Assembly: GCA_965279515.1 (NCBI GenBank)
Contig: CBDIID010000003.1
Span: 2,016,001 to 2,080,000, forward strand
From: Turneriella sp.
GTDB lineage: Bacteria > Spirochaetota > Leptospiria > Turneriellales > Turneriellaceae
Length of the DNA stretch: 64,000 nucleotides
Direction: 5' to 3'
Within the stretch, counting starts at the first letter, position 1; every line of letters starts with the position of its first letter. Below the pieces are notes generated by a model. The model was not told the origin of the DNA and searched no databases. It worked only from the letters and a program-made list of their open reading frames with translations. Of the stretch, positions 29,178-38,300 are shown in pieces. Both the position numbers and the translations under genes were made by a program.

Positions 29178-29193
29178 AAGGTTAAATCACCCA

Positions 29194-29799
29194 TCAGAAC
29201 TGGTGATTCCACGCAAATGTGTGGTGGGCGTATTGTTCCTGGCGCGGAATCGGAATGTAGCTGGTTTTTTGCTGTAAGTCCAGCGCACGATAAAGATCTT
29301 GATTGTAGCTCTCTGTCGCCGCAACGAGTTTATTGCTTGAGATTACCGCAAATACAATTCCGACAGCCAAGCTACCGCCGCCGATCCCCCAGAAATAAGC
29401 CGGGCCGAGACTTTCTCTCGTACTTTTGGTGATATTGCCGTTTAACTGTAAACCAATCATCCAACCAAGAAAACCACCGCCAATCGTTGAAAAAATGGTC
29501 GAGCCTGTTTGCCAGCGCGAATGGCTTGAGTACAGAGAACGTGTCGGCTCGCTGGCATAACCAGCAGAAAATAATGGGTCGATTTGGAGAGGGGTAACCT
29601 GTACGGCGTTGATCTTATAACCCCGGCCTGCCGAATCAATTAAGTTTTCCTGGTATTTCTTTTCTCGTTCAGCCTGCGGCTTGCCTTTGTAAGCCTGAAC
29701 GTCTACGGGTGAAGCCGGCACAGGCAGCGACACGCAATTCGCGACGCTCATTGCCGCAAGGGCAATAGCCGCATAAAAAAATAGGTTTCTGTTTTTCAT
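29194..29799 (-). CDS. Hypothetical lipoprotein with two TM segments
   Basis: AGGAG SD, signal peptide ending VANC, two Gly-rich hydrophobic helices. Confidence 0.75.
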   Translation of the reverse strand: MKNRNLFFYAAIALAAMSVANCVSLPVPASPVDVQAYKGKPQAEREKKYQENLIDSAGRGYKINAVQVTPLQIDPLFSAGYASEPTRSLYSSHSRWQTGSTIFSTIGGGFLGWMIGLQLNGNITKSTRESLGPAYFWGIGGGSLAVGIVFAVISSNKLVAATESYNQDLYRALDLQQKTSYIPIPRQEQYAHHTFAWNHQF

Positions 29800-30014
29800 T
29801 GTTAACTCCTGATAGACAAAACTGTTTCCAAAGCCGCCTGTATTTATTCACAGCTACGGCGAAGCGTGCACATATCTGCTTGCAGACGCTGTGGCAATAA
29901 TTTTTATTATGCATCAAAAAAAGATCTAGCATCAGCATCGATTAAGCCCAGTGCTCTTAATCGATATCCACTTCCGTATATTTCCGTTTTCTTCGGGCCA
30001 CCGCTCTACATAGA

Positions 30015-30575
30015 CTAATCTGCTTTGCGCAGCGCAGTTATTGCATCGGTAAGCCATTCCTGTTCTGCCTTCACCGCCCGACGGCCGTAATCGAGGGTTA
30101 GTTGCGCATACACCTGGTGCGGCGGTGGATTCTTAACTTCGGAAAGCTGCTTTTGAATCTGCTGAAACGCCCTCTGCAACTCGATACTCTTCTGGCGATG
30201 GCGCTCGAGTTCGGCGACCAGAAATTCAGAAGCGGCTTCTTTGCCGAAAAATACCTTGAGCAGAAGTTCGTTGCGCATGACTTCGGGCTCAGTCTCGCTG
30301 GACAACCATTCGCGCAGCTCTTTGCGGCCTGCGGCGGTGATGCGGTAGGGGGTAGGCTTTGTGCCACGAGCCTTGGTTGTTACCGACACAATCTTGCCTT
30401 GCTTCTCAAGTTCTTTCAAGGTTGGATAAATCTGCCCAAAGCTTTCTTGCCAGAAAAAGCCGATGCTGCTTTCGATATACTTTCGCATCTCGTAGCCGGT
30501 GCATTCGCGTTGCGAGAGAATACCCAGCAGCGCATAACGCGTTTTCTTTTTCCGTTGGGGATTTTTTGTTTTCAT
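30015..30575 (-). CDS. PadR-family transcriptional regulator
   Basis: LLG.L...TGYE, FW..SFGQIYP.L, Y.IT..GR..L..W, and a C-terminal RNELLLKVFF domain. Confidence 0.92.
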   Translation of the reverse strand: MKTKNPQRKKKTRYALLGILSQRECTGYEMRKYIESSIGFFWQESFGQIYPTLKELEKQGKIVSVTTKARGTKPTPYRITAAGRKELREWLSSETEPEVMRNELLLKVFFGKEAASEFLVAELERHRQKSIELQRAFQQIQKQLSEVKNPPPHQVYAQLTLDYGRRAVKAEQEWLTDAITALRKAD

Positions 30576-30865
30576 GGCCTATACATGTTCCAAAGGATGA
30601 TGGAGTTTAACCCCGCGAGTAACACAACTATGGGAGTCCACAGCAGGCGTTCGCGTCGGCTCCGTGAAATGGCATTCATGATTGTCCCTAGCGCTGCATA
30701 GACCGTCACAACCCACTGTAAAGTTACCAGGGTGATACCGATAGCAGGAAGTGGGAGAAATCCACCGGAAATAAGATTGATAGCAGCAAAAGCCGTGAGA
30801 ACCATGACGGAGATGGCGCTGCCGAGATGCAGCGCGGCCGAAATGGCAGCGAGTGTTGCAATCAT
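30572..30865 (-). CDS. Small membrane protein (97 aa)
   Basis: Three hydrophobic helices from ATG 30865. ATGA overlaps with both neighbours. Confidence 0.7.
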   Translation of the reverse strand: MIATLAAISAALHLGSAISVMVLTAFAAINLISGGFLPLPAIGITLVTLQWVVTVYAALGTIMNAISRSRRERLLWTPIVVLLAGLNSIILWNMYRP

Positions 30866-31563
30866 TGGCCCGCCTCTTGCAAAAACATCGCCCCGATAAT
30901 AACCACGTCTTGCACAAAGTGGATGAGCCATGCCCAAAAAAAACCGCCGGTCTCTTGCATCGATTTCGCGAGTAGCCAGCCTAAGAATCCAGCCATGAAA
31001 ACACCGGGCGCTCCCCCCGGAGCGCCAAAATAATGCGCGGCACCGAAAAGCGCACCTGAAAACAAGGGAGCATAGCGATGCCACCGCGTGCCATCGAGCG
31101 CCGTGACAAGGGTATGGCGGTAGATGAGTTCTTCGGCCAGCGAGTTCGAAAACGACAGTAAGAGGATTGGTATTATCAAAGAAGGAAGAGTGGACAGAGC
31201 AAACTTTTTTACTGGTATCTGCAGCACGATAACGACCGCCGTGATAACCGTGATTACCCCCAGCAGCTGCCATCCCTGCCGGCTCCAGTTATCCCCGTGC
31301 CGCAGACCGAGCCAGCGCACCGGCCGAACATTGCCTGCGATGCTGTTCAATTTCAGATAGCCAAGGCTCGTTTTTGTCAAGAGCGTGAAGCTCAGAAGAC
31401 ATAGGGGCGCCGCTATGAGCCAGGCCGACTGTTGTGCATGAACAAGGCGTGAAAACGCTGATTTTTCACCAGGCGGCATCCATAAAAACGGAAGGCACGG
31501 TAACAACGCACCGCCGAAAAGATTTGCCGCAAGCATGACCCAGGTACGCGCCGGCAGCAACAT
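30862..31563 (-). CDS. CPBP (Abi/CAAX) intramembrane glutamic protease
   Basis: EELIYR, FGAAH, and H..QD motifs. Confidence 0.88.
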   Translation of the reverse strand: MLLPARTWVMLAANLFGGALLPCLPFLWMPPGEKSAFSRLVHAQQSAWLIAAPLCLLSFTLLTKTSLGYLKLNSIAGNVRPVRWLGLRHGDNWSRQGWQLLGVITVITAVVIVLQIPVKKFALSTLPSLIIPILLLSFSNSLAEELIYRHTLVTALDGTRWHRYAPLFSGALFGAAHYFGAPGGAPGVFMAGFLGWLLAKSMQETGGFFWAWLIHFVQDVVIIGAMFLQEAGQ

Positions 31564-31589
31564 ATCTACTAGATATATCTTTTAGATAT
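31562..31589. promoter_or_regulatory. Two overlapping ATATCT-N3-AGATAT palindromes (putative PadR operator)
   Basis: ATATCT-ACT-AGATAT (31562-31576) and ATATCT-TTT-AGATAT (31575-31589), abutting the start codon of the operon that encodes PadR. Confidence 0.65.
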
Positions 31590-31682
31590 GGCAACAAGTT
31601 AATTTCTGTTTTCAGGGCTGTCTCGGTGAGCCTTGAAATGGATTTCCTCTTCACCGCCTGTCTTCGCGCCCGATTTTGCCGC

Positions 31683-32852
31683 ATGAAAATCGCAAATCCG
31701 AATATGCAGGAACTCTCTGGCAAGGCGCCGGCAGACGTTTCAAAAGCCAAATACAAACAATACGGCAAATACCTCGGCGACTTCGTGGTCGGTGAAACGT
31801 ACGAGCACCCGCGCGGCATGACTGTTACTCCCGCCTTTATCCAGGACTTCTCAACAACCTTTCTCGAAGCGAACCCTCTTTATTTAAACCTCGAATACGC
31901 CAAAGCGCTCGGCCACCCGGCGATTCCCGCAAGCCCGATGCTCGTCTTTAACCTCTTGCTCTCGCTCGGTGTGCAGAACGATTCTGAAAAGGCCTATGCC
32001 AACCTCGGCTATTATAACGTGAAGTTCCTGAAAAATGTCTATCCCGGCGATACGATCACTTCTTTTACCAAGATCGTGGACAAAAAAGAACGCGGCGAAG
32101 GCAAACCCGGCATCGTCACCATCAACACCATCGGCAACAACCAGCGCGGCGAGCGCGTTGCGCAGTACATGCGCAAGATCATGGTTCCTCCAGCACCCGC
32201 GGGCTACCAGCCACCCAAATTTATTCCTTCAAAGACGGATGTCCCTCCCTACGCCGACAGCGTCGATATCGAGATTCCCGATTTTGACGCGGCTGCGTGG
32301 CCTTCGACGGTCACGCGCCCCGACACCTATTATGAGGATTTCAACGTCGGCGACATCATCGTGTCACCCAATGGCCGCACGATCACCGACGAACATTTTG
32401 CCTGGACCTACCGCGTCGGCAACACACACCCCCTGCACTTTGACCGCCTCTATTCACAGGGCATGTCAGGCGCGATGAGCGGCGACCCGATCACCTATGG
32501 CGGTCTCGTGTTTGCGTGGCTGATGGGCCTTTCGGGCCGCGACGTCTCAGAGAACGCCCTTGCCGATCTCGGCTACACCGAAGGCTACCACACACAGCCG
32601 TCAAAATCAGGCGAAACCGTGTACTGCATTCACCGTGTGCTCGCGAAAGAACCGGTGGATGGTAAACTTAAGGCGGGCGCTATTCAGTTGCAAGTGATTG
32701 GCCTCAGGGATATCAAACCCAAACCGGCGATTGAAAAATACGGCGCCGATCTCTTTATCAAAGAGAATGACAAAAAAGATCTCGGCAAAGAAAAAATCCC
32801 TGAAAAGATTTTTGAAATAGAACGGCGCCTGCTGATTCGATCAAGGGGGTAA
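31683..32852 (+). CDS. Double hot-dog MaoC-family dehydratase (mesaconyl-CoA hydratase-like)
   Basis: Two MaoC repeats: DF.VGE..EHPRG.T..NPL and YEDF.VGD...GRTIT..HPLH. Confidence 0.82.
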   Translation: MKIANPNMQELSGKAPADVSKAKYKQYGKYLGDFVVGETYEHPRGMTVTPAFIQDFSTTFLEANPLYLNLEYAKALGHPAIPASPMLVFNLLLSLGVQNDSEKAYANLGYYNVKFLKNVYPGDTITSFTKIVDKKERGEGKPGIVTINTIGNNQRGERVAQYMRKIMVPPAPAGYQPPKFIPSKTDVPPYADSVDIEIPDFDAAAWPSTVTRPDTYYEDFNVGDIIVSPNGRTITDEHFAWTYRVGNTHPLHFDRLYSQGMSGAMSGDPITYGGLVFAWLMGLSGRDVSENALADLGYTEGYHTQPSKSGETVYCIHRVLAKEPVDGKLKAGAIQLQVIGLRDIKPKPAIEKYGADLFIKENDKKDLGKEKIPEKIFEIERRLLIRSRG

Positions 32853-32857
32853 ACCCC

Positions 32858-33106
32858 ATCAAGCGTTCCGGGATACGCGTTCTTGGTGAAATTGAAGACG
32901 AAAAGACCATCGCCGTCGGTTCGCGCATTCGCGAACAAAATCGCCTTAACCGGGCTTATGGGAAGGCGCGTTGGAAAAAACGAAAAGGAATTGCCGTCGT
33001 AATGCTGGGCAACACGCTTGTCGGCAGATGTGAAATCCACTGGTATGAAGCATACAGTATCGGTAAAAAAGAAATCAAGATCAAACGGATTATCGGTGAA
33101 GACTGA
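32858..33106 (+). CDS. Small basic hypothetical protein with no canonical start (not in ORF track)
   Basis: Open frame encodes ..VLGEIEDEKTIAVGSRIREQNRLNRAYGKARWKKRKGIA..CEIHWYEAYSIGKKEIKIKRIIGED. Candidate start is ATC 32858 after AAGGGGGT, or ATA 32873. Confidence 0.6.
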   Translation: MKRSGIRVLGEIEDEKTIAVGSRIREQNRLNRAYGKARWKKRKGIAVVMLGNTLVGRCEIHWYEAYSIGKKEIKIKRIIGED

Positions 33107-33326
33107 CCTGAAAACACGTTTTGCCCTTTGCGTGGATAATGCAGATTTTCCTGCAGGTCTTGAGTTACGCAAGATTTACCGTTTAAAGACAGATAAACAA
33201 GCCGCTTCACGTGGTCTTATCCGTGTTTACGACGAGTCCCAGGAAGATTATCTTTATCCCGCACACCTATTCGTAGAGGTCGGTGTTTCATCTGATCTTC
33301 AAAAAATCCTAAACCGGAAAAATTAA
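33096..33326 (+). CDS. Small conserved hypothetical protein (DES.EDYLYP motif)
   Basis: FALCVDN..FPA.LELRKIY..IRVYDESQEDYLYP. GTG 33096 overlaps the preceding ORF's stop. Confidence 0.7.
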   Translation: MKTDLKTRFALCVDNADFPAGLELRKIYRLKTDKQAASRGLIRVYDESQEDYLYPAHLFVEVGVSSDLQKILNRKN

Positions 33327-33334
33327 TCCCCTTA

Positions 33335-34939
33335 GTGAACTTACGCACCAACAACATCGCCAAGCTGCAGAATATCCACTTCGACGTGCTCGTCGTGGGT
33401 GGTGGCATCAATGGCGCCGTTTCTGCGGCAGCGCTTTCGGGCAAGGGCGCGAAGGTCGCGCTCGTCGACCGCCGCGATTTTGCCTCGGAAACAAGCCAGC
33501 AGTCGTCGAACCTGGCCTGGGGCGGTATCAAATATCTTGAAACGCTCGAATTTGGTCTCGTGCGCAAACTCTGCAAATCGCGCAACCATCTCATCCGTAA
33601 TTACCCCTCGGCGGTTGAGGAAATCCGCTTTTTCACAACCATTGAAAAAGGCTTTCGTTTTCCTGTCTGGTTTATCTGGCTCGGCACCTGGTTCTATTGG
33701 CTGATGGGTAATTTTTTCACACGCCGCCCGCGCTATCTGACGCGCCGCCGCATCAACAAAGATGAGCCGACGGTGAACACGGCAAACGCCGTCGGTGGTT
33801 TTGAATATTCCGATGCCTACCTGCACGACAACGACGCGCGTTTTGTCTTTACCTTCATTCGCACCGCGCTCAACAACGGCTGCATTGCGGCGAATTATAC
33901 CGAAGTTCTTTCAGCCAAGCGCAGCAACAACCAGTGGCTCGTCGAAGCGCGCGATACGGTCAGCGGCAAGAAGCTGAAAATTACCGCGGATGTGCTGGTG
34001 AATGCCTGCGGCCCGTTCGCCGACGATTTCAACACTAAAACGAGCATGAAGACTGAACACCAGCACGTGTTCTCCAAGGGCATCCACCTGATCGTCAACC
34101 GCATCTCGAAGGAGCCGCGGGTGCTGACGTTCTTCGCCGACGACGGCCGTCTGTTCTTTGCGATACCGATGGGCGCGAAAACCTGTATCGGCACAACCGA
34201 CACGCGCATGCCTTCGCCTGAATCGCATGTCACGGACGAGGACCGTCAGTTTGTCCTCAACAACATCAACAAACGGCTAAAACTCGATAAACCTCTCAGC
34301 GAAGACGACATCATCGCCGAACGCTGCGGTGTGCGGCCGCTCGTCACAAAAAAGGGCAAAGGCGGTAATAAAGACTGGATGCAGCTCTCGCGCAAGCACG
34401 AGGTCGAGGCCGATCTCGATAAACAATACCTGACCATCTTCGGCGGCAAACTCACCGACTGCCTCAACGTCGGCGACGAAGTGAGCGCGTTCATCGAAGA
34501 CATGGGGATTACCCTGCGTTTCCCCAAGCGGCGCTGGTACGGCGAACCGCACGACTCGGTGCGTAACGATTATTTCCACCAGGCAAAACTGATGGACCTC
34601 GACAGTTATACCTCACCGCAGGCGCATGAAAAACTCTCCACGCGCTTCTGGCGCCGCTATGGCGCCCATGCGCTCGAACTGCTCGAAGAGATCCGCGAAA
34701 ACCCGGCAGAGGCCGAAGTCTTAATCCACGGCGCTGAATACACGCGCTGCGAAATCAAAGAGGCGGCTAGCCGTGAGATGGTGACTAAACTCGAAGACTT
34801 TTTGCGCCGCCGCTCGAAGATCGCACTCGTCATGCGCAAAGACGACATCCGCAAGTCGAAGGGCATACACGAGGCGTGTAAGATTCTGTTTGGCAAAGAG
34901 GCGAATAAAAAATTCGCCGAATATTTCGGAAAACGCTAA
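33335..34939 (+). CDS. glpD: FAD-dependent glycerol-3-phosphate dehydrogenase/oxidase
   Basis: GGGING, TS..SS.L.WGG.KYL, IGTTD, GVRPL, GGKLT motifs. Confidence 0.88.
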   Translation: MNLRTNNIAKLQNIHFDVLVVGGGINGAVSAAALSGKGAKVALVDRRDFASETSQQSSNLAWGGIKYLETLEFGLVRKLCKSRNHLIRNYPSAVEEIRFFTTIEKGFRFPVWFIWLGTWFYWLMGNFFTRRPRYLTRRRINKDEPTVNTANAVGGFEYSDAYLHDNDARFVFTFIRTALNNGCIAANYTEVLSAKRSNNQWLVEARDTVSGKKLKITADVLVNACGPFADDFNTKTSMKTEHQHVFSKGIHLIVNRISKEPRVLTFFADDGRLFFAIPMGAKTCIGTTDTRMPSPESHVTDEDRQFVLNNINKRLKLDKPLSEDDIIAERCGVRPLVTKKGKGGNKDWMQLSRKHEVEADLDKQYLTIFGGKLTDCLNVGDEVSAFIEDMGITLRFPKRRWYGEPHDSVRNDYFHQAKLMDLDSYTSPQAHEKLSTRFWRRYGAHALELLEEIRENPAEAEVLIHGAEYTRCEIKEAASREMVTKLEDFLRRRSKIALVMRKDDIRKSKGIHEACKILFGKEANKKFAEYFGKR

Positions 34940-34942
34940 AGC

Positions 34943-36871
34943 CTAATCCCGGTACGGCCGGGATTGCAGAATATAGATCTTCCCTTTCCAGATTCCCCAT
35001 TCGATATCCTGCTCGGCCTTTTCAGCGAAGGCCTCGCGGATCTTAAGCGCTAAAACCGCCAGCGAGCGGGCTTTCGCATCGTCGAGAATACGGCCGTTGG
35101 CATCGGCGCAGGTGACGGGTGTTGGTTTGAGCTCGCCTTTTTTATCAAAGCGTAACGCGCTCTCTTGCTGCGAGCGTGTCCACACGACAACAGCATTCGA
35201 TTCATAATTTACGAGAATCTGCTCCGGCATGCCGCGGTTATCGGCGATCTGTGAATTGTGCCCGCAGACTGTTGAGATCAATACGGCATCGTTCACAGTT
35301 TTGAGATAGGGATTGCGCGTAATGAGTACACCGCCGAGGTCCATATCGATCCCCGTCTGGATGATGACAGCCATGTAGATATGCGTCTGGTCGACACCAA
35401 AGTGCCGGCGGGCCTCGAAGGCCTCGAAGTTATAGAGCGAGGCCCAGACCTTTTTAACGGATGCGGAGATATCTTTCGCACTGGTCTGGTTGGCAGCCGA
35501 GAAGTAGAGCCCTGCGCCGCTAAAGTTACTGAGATCTTCGAGATTCGACGAGCTGCGTACAAAAACCGGCTTTGATTTCAGCGCGTTTTTCCAGCGCGTT
35601 TGGATTTCCTTTTGCAGGTTTGGGCTTAACGGGGCTGCTTCGAGTTTTTTTCGCAATGCGTCGAGCAGGCTTTTGCGCATGGCTTTCTCTTCGTTAAACC
35701 CTTTCGTCGCCAGCATTTGCATAAGTTTCTTATCGAGCCCGTGCTCGCGCATATGGCGCTCGAAATAGTGAAACGGGATAACGAAACCTTCGGGAATATT
35801 CACTTCACCTTTGAGTTTGTTAAAGACTTCGCCCAAATTGGCGGCCTTCGCGCCATACGCGACAGACCAGGTTTTCGATAGGTCGGTGAGAGGCAGAATG
35901 TCGTTGCGCATTATATCAGCTGCGGGCGCAACAGGCGCGACGCGGGCTTCTGTTTTCACCGCCGGTTGTGCGGATTTCCAGCTGTACTTGCGGTCGCCCG
36001 CCGTAAGCTCAATCCACTGGTTTTCTAACGGTGTAAAAATCGCCGCGGCGTCCTGGACATAGACATTGGGTATGCCCCAGCCGTGCGCGAGAATATTGAT
36101 GTGCGACAGCGGGGTCGACGGCATCGTCACGACGATGCCGCGCACGGGTGTCAGTTTCAGCGGGAGAAAATTCAGTACCACGATGTCATAGTGCTCGACC
36201 GTTTCTAAATCCGCCTCGTTCTGGATGAAACGCACGCGCCCAACCGCCTTACCGGTGTTGAGGGCGAGATAGGTTTGTTTACCTGCCAGTTCTGCCTGCG
36301 TGACATGCGCAAGATTCAGCGCTTTTGCAGACGCCTCTTGCCGCGAAGAATTCGGCTTATAGAGAAGTTTCTCATAAAAGGTAGCGGCAAGACGCTCATT
36401 CACTTCGCCGATCTGCGCTTCGGGTAAAAGGTCGCCTTCCCAGAGCTCCCATGTCCACGCGGGAATCGACGCCTGCCAGGCAATCGTGCCGATCATGAAG
36501 CGGCGCTCCTGTTTGAAGTACAACTCGTTGTCGAGCTTGGCTCCCATCGGAGCCAGCTGCGCGGCATAGAGGAAATCCTTATGGAAACGAAACTTCTGCG
36601 AATTTACAAAATGTACCTGCCCGCCGGCATTACGGTCGACGACGAACATGAGGTGCGGTATCGCATAACGCGTGCCGGCATAATACGTGCGCTGCAGCAG
36701 ATCAAAATCGGCGCGGCTTTTGATCTGCGTGAGAGCATCGCGCTCCGTCGCCGGTTTATCGGGGCGGCCATTTTTAGGCTCGCGTAATGGCGACGGCTTC
36801 TGCTGCAGCTGGGCAAAGAGGGGGATTACCCCCGCGGAAAAAAGCACACAGCGAACAAGAGCCCGCGGCAC
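34943..36871 (-). CDS. PEP/pyruvate-binding (PPDK N-terminal, ATP-grasp) domain protein with signal-like N-terminus
   Basis: GAKAANLG, VRSSSNLED..FSGAGLY, QDIEWG..ILQSRP at the extreme C-terminus. Upstream LSH.NIL motif. Confidence 0.85.
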   Translation of the reverse strand: MPRALVRCVLFSAGVIPLFAQLQQKPSPLREPKNGRPDKPATERDALTQIKSRADFDLLQRTYYAGTRYAIPHLMFVVDRNAGGQVHFVNSQKFRFHKDFLYAAQLAPMGAKLDNELYFKQERRFMIGTIAWQASIPAWTWELWEGDLLPEAQIGEVNERLAATFYEKLLYKPNSSRQEASAKALNLAHVTQAELAGKQTYLALNTGKAVGRVRFIQNEADLETVEHYDIVVLNFLPLKLTPVRGIVVTMPSTPLSHINILAHGWGIPNVYVQDAAAIFTPLENQWIELTAGDRKYSWKSAQPAVKTEARVAPVAPAADIMRNDILPLTDLSKTWSVAYGAKAANLGEVFNKLKGEVNIPEGFVIPFHYFERHMREHGLDKKLMQMLATKGFNEEKAMRKSLLDALRKKLEAAPLSPNLQKEIQTRWKNALKSKPVFVRSSSNLEDLSNFSGAGLYFSAANQTSAKDISASVKKVWASLYNFEAFEARRHFGVDQTHIYMAVIIQTGIDMDLGGVLITRNPYLKTVNDAVLISTVCGHNSQIADNRGMPEQILVNYESNAVVVWTRSQQESALRFDKKGELKPTPVTCADANGRILDDAKARSLAVLALKIREAFAEKAEQDIEWGIWKGKIYILQSRPYRD

Positions 36872-36874
36872 AGG

Positions 36875-37684
36875 TTAGCCAGTTTTCTTTTTCTGGCGCG
36901 CGGCGAAACCCTTCACCATTTCGACAAATTCTTTTGACTGCAGATAGCCACTGTTGTACAGCGCGACGAGATCGAGCGCGCGGTCGATATCCATGCCGCG
37001 CTGTTTGTTCATGATATATTTTACACCGCGCGTGACAATCGCCGAGTTCTGGCACATCTCTTCGGCTGTTTTCATCGCGGCCGCATAGAGCGCCTCTTTT
37101 TCGGGCAACACCTGCGTCACGAGACCCATGCGCAGTGCCTCTTCAGCGCCGAAATCGCGGCCCGTCAGCGCGAGTTCGCGCGTGATGCCCTCGCCGATGA
37201 TGTAGGGCAGGCGTTGCAGCGAACCCATGTCGGCGACAATCGCCACCTTAACCTCGCGGAGAGAGAAGATAGCGTCGGCTGCTGCATAACGAATGTCACA
37301 GGCAGAGATCAGGTCGAGCGCGCCGCCGATACAGTGCCGGTGGATGGCAGCGATCGAGGGTTTGGGCGAATCGCCGAGAGCCCGCATGCCCTTTTGCAGC
37401 GTCAGGATGAAATGGTGGAGTTTTTCATTCGCCTCGGCGCCGCCTGAGTCGCCTAGCCAGGCAAAACGTTCGACAAAATCGGGCAGATCGATGCCGATCG
37501 AAAAACTTGCGCCCTTCGCGGCCACGATAAAGGCTTTTACCGATTCGTCCGCATTGATCTCTTCGACGACCAAAGGCAGTTCACGCCAGAAATCCCAGCT
37601 CATAAAATTGCGTTTTTCGGGACGGTTCAGCCACAGCGTCGCAACGGGGCCTGATTTTTCGATCAGGAAAAAATTGTAACTCAC
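36875..37684 (-). CDS. Crotonase/enoyl-CoA hydratase family protein
   Basis: LNRPEKRN, FSIGID, CIGG, DIR, REV..DMG motifs. GTG 37684 overlaps the upstream stop. Confidence 0.9.
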   Translation of the reverse strand: MSYNFFLIEKSGPVATLWLNRPEKRNFMSWDFWRELPLVVEEINADESVKAFIVAAKGASFSIGIDLPDFVERFAWLGDSGGAEANEKLHHFILTLQKGMRALGDSPKPSIAAIHRHCIGGALDLISACDIRYAAADAIFSLREVKVAIVADMGSLQRLPYIIGEGITRELALTGRDFGAEEALRMGLVTQVLPEKEALYAAAMKTAEEMCQNSAIVTRGVKYIMNKQRGMDIDRALDLVALYNSGYLQSKEFVEMVKGFAARQKKKTG

Positions 37685-37992
37685 GGGCGGGCGACCTGGA
37701 ATTTGACGTAAGCGATAGCGGCTACGACAATGATAATAAAACAAACAGCCAGTATCAGCAGCATTTTTTTGAATGATGCTTCTTTCAGCACCAGGGATCC
37801 AATGAGCCCAACCACTGCACCCACGGGGGCCAAATAGATCGCGCCGATGATGGCAATCATCAACGCCCCCGGGCCATGCGGGTGCTGGTTGCCTGTCGAA
37901 CCTAGAATGAAGCCTGTGAGAAATCCGGCTATGGCAAAAAATAAAATTCCACCGCCGGTTGAAAGAAAGACAAAGCGCGCCTTAGGACTCAT
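37681..37992 (-). CDS. Small membrane protein (3 TM)
   Basis: 103 aa from ATG 37992, coupled to both neighbours. Confidence 0.7.
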   Translation of the reverse strand: MSPKARFVFLSTGGGILFFAIAGFLTGFILGSTGNQHPHGPGALMIAIIGAIYLAPVGAVVGLIGSLVLKEASFKKMLLILAVCFIIIVVAAIAYVKFQVARP

Positions 37993-38294
37993 TAATACTC
38001 CTGTTTCTTTAAGAGCGCATTCAGCTTCTTGCGGCCTGTGCGCTTCAGCATTTTGGGTGAATCGGAACAGAGATGGCCGCAGGTTTTCTGCCGGCCCTTG
38101 CCCATGAATTCCTGGCCGCAGACGACGCATTTGCGTTTTTCGCGGCGCACGCCGTTCATGACAATCTCCATGGGTTTAAGTGGGATGTCCCCACGGCTGA
38201 GAAAGCCTTTTTCAAATCTGTGGCCTTGTTTCCATTTGTATGTGACATAATCCGAAAATGCTTGCCGTGGCAGATTTTGTGTCAGCACAGACAC
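37992..38294 (-). CDS. Small basic zinc-ribbon-like protein
   Basis: CVVCG.EF...CGHLC motif, Lys/Arg-rich. Start uncertain. Confidence 0.6.
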   Translation of the reverse strand: MSVLTQNLPRQAFSDYVTYKWKQGHRFEKGFLSRGDIPLKPMEIVMNGVRREKRKCVVCGQEFMGKGRQKTCGHLCSDSPKMLKRTGRKKLNALLKKQEY

Positions 38295-38300
38295 AGGGCA

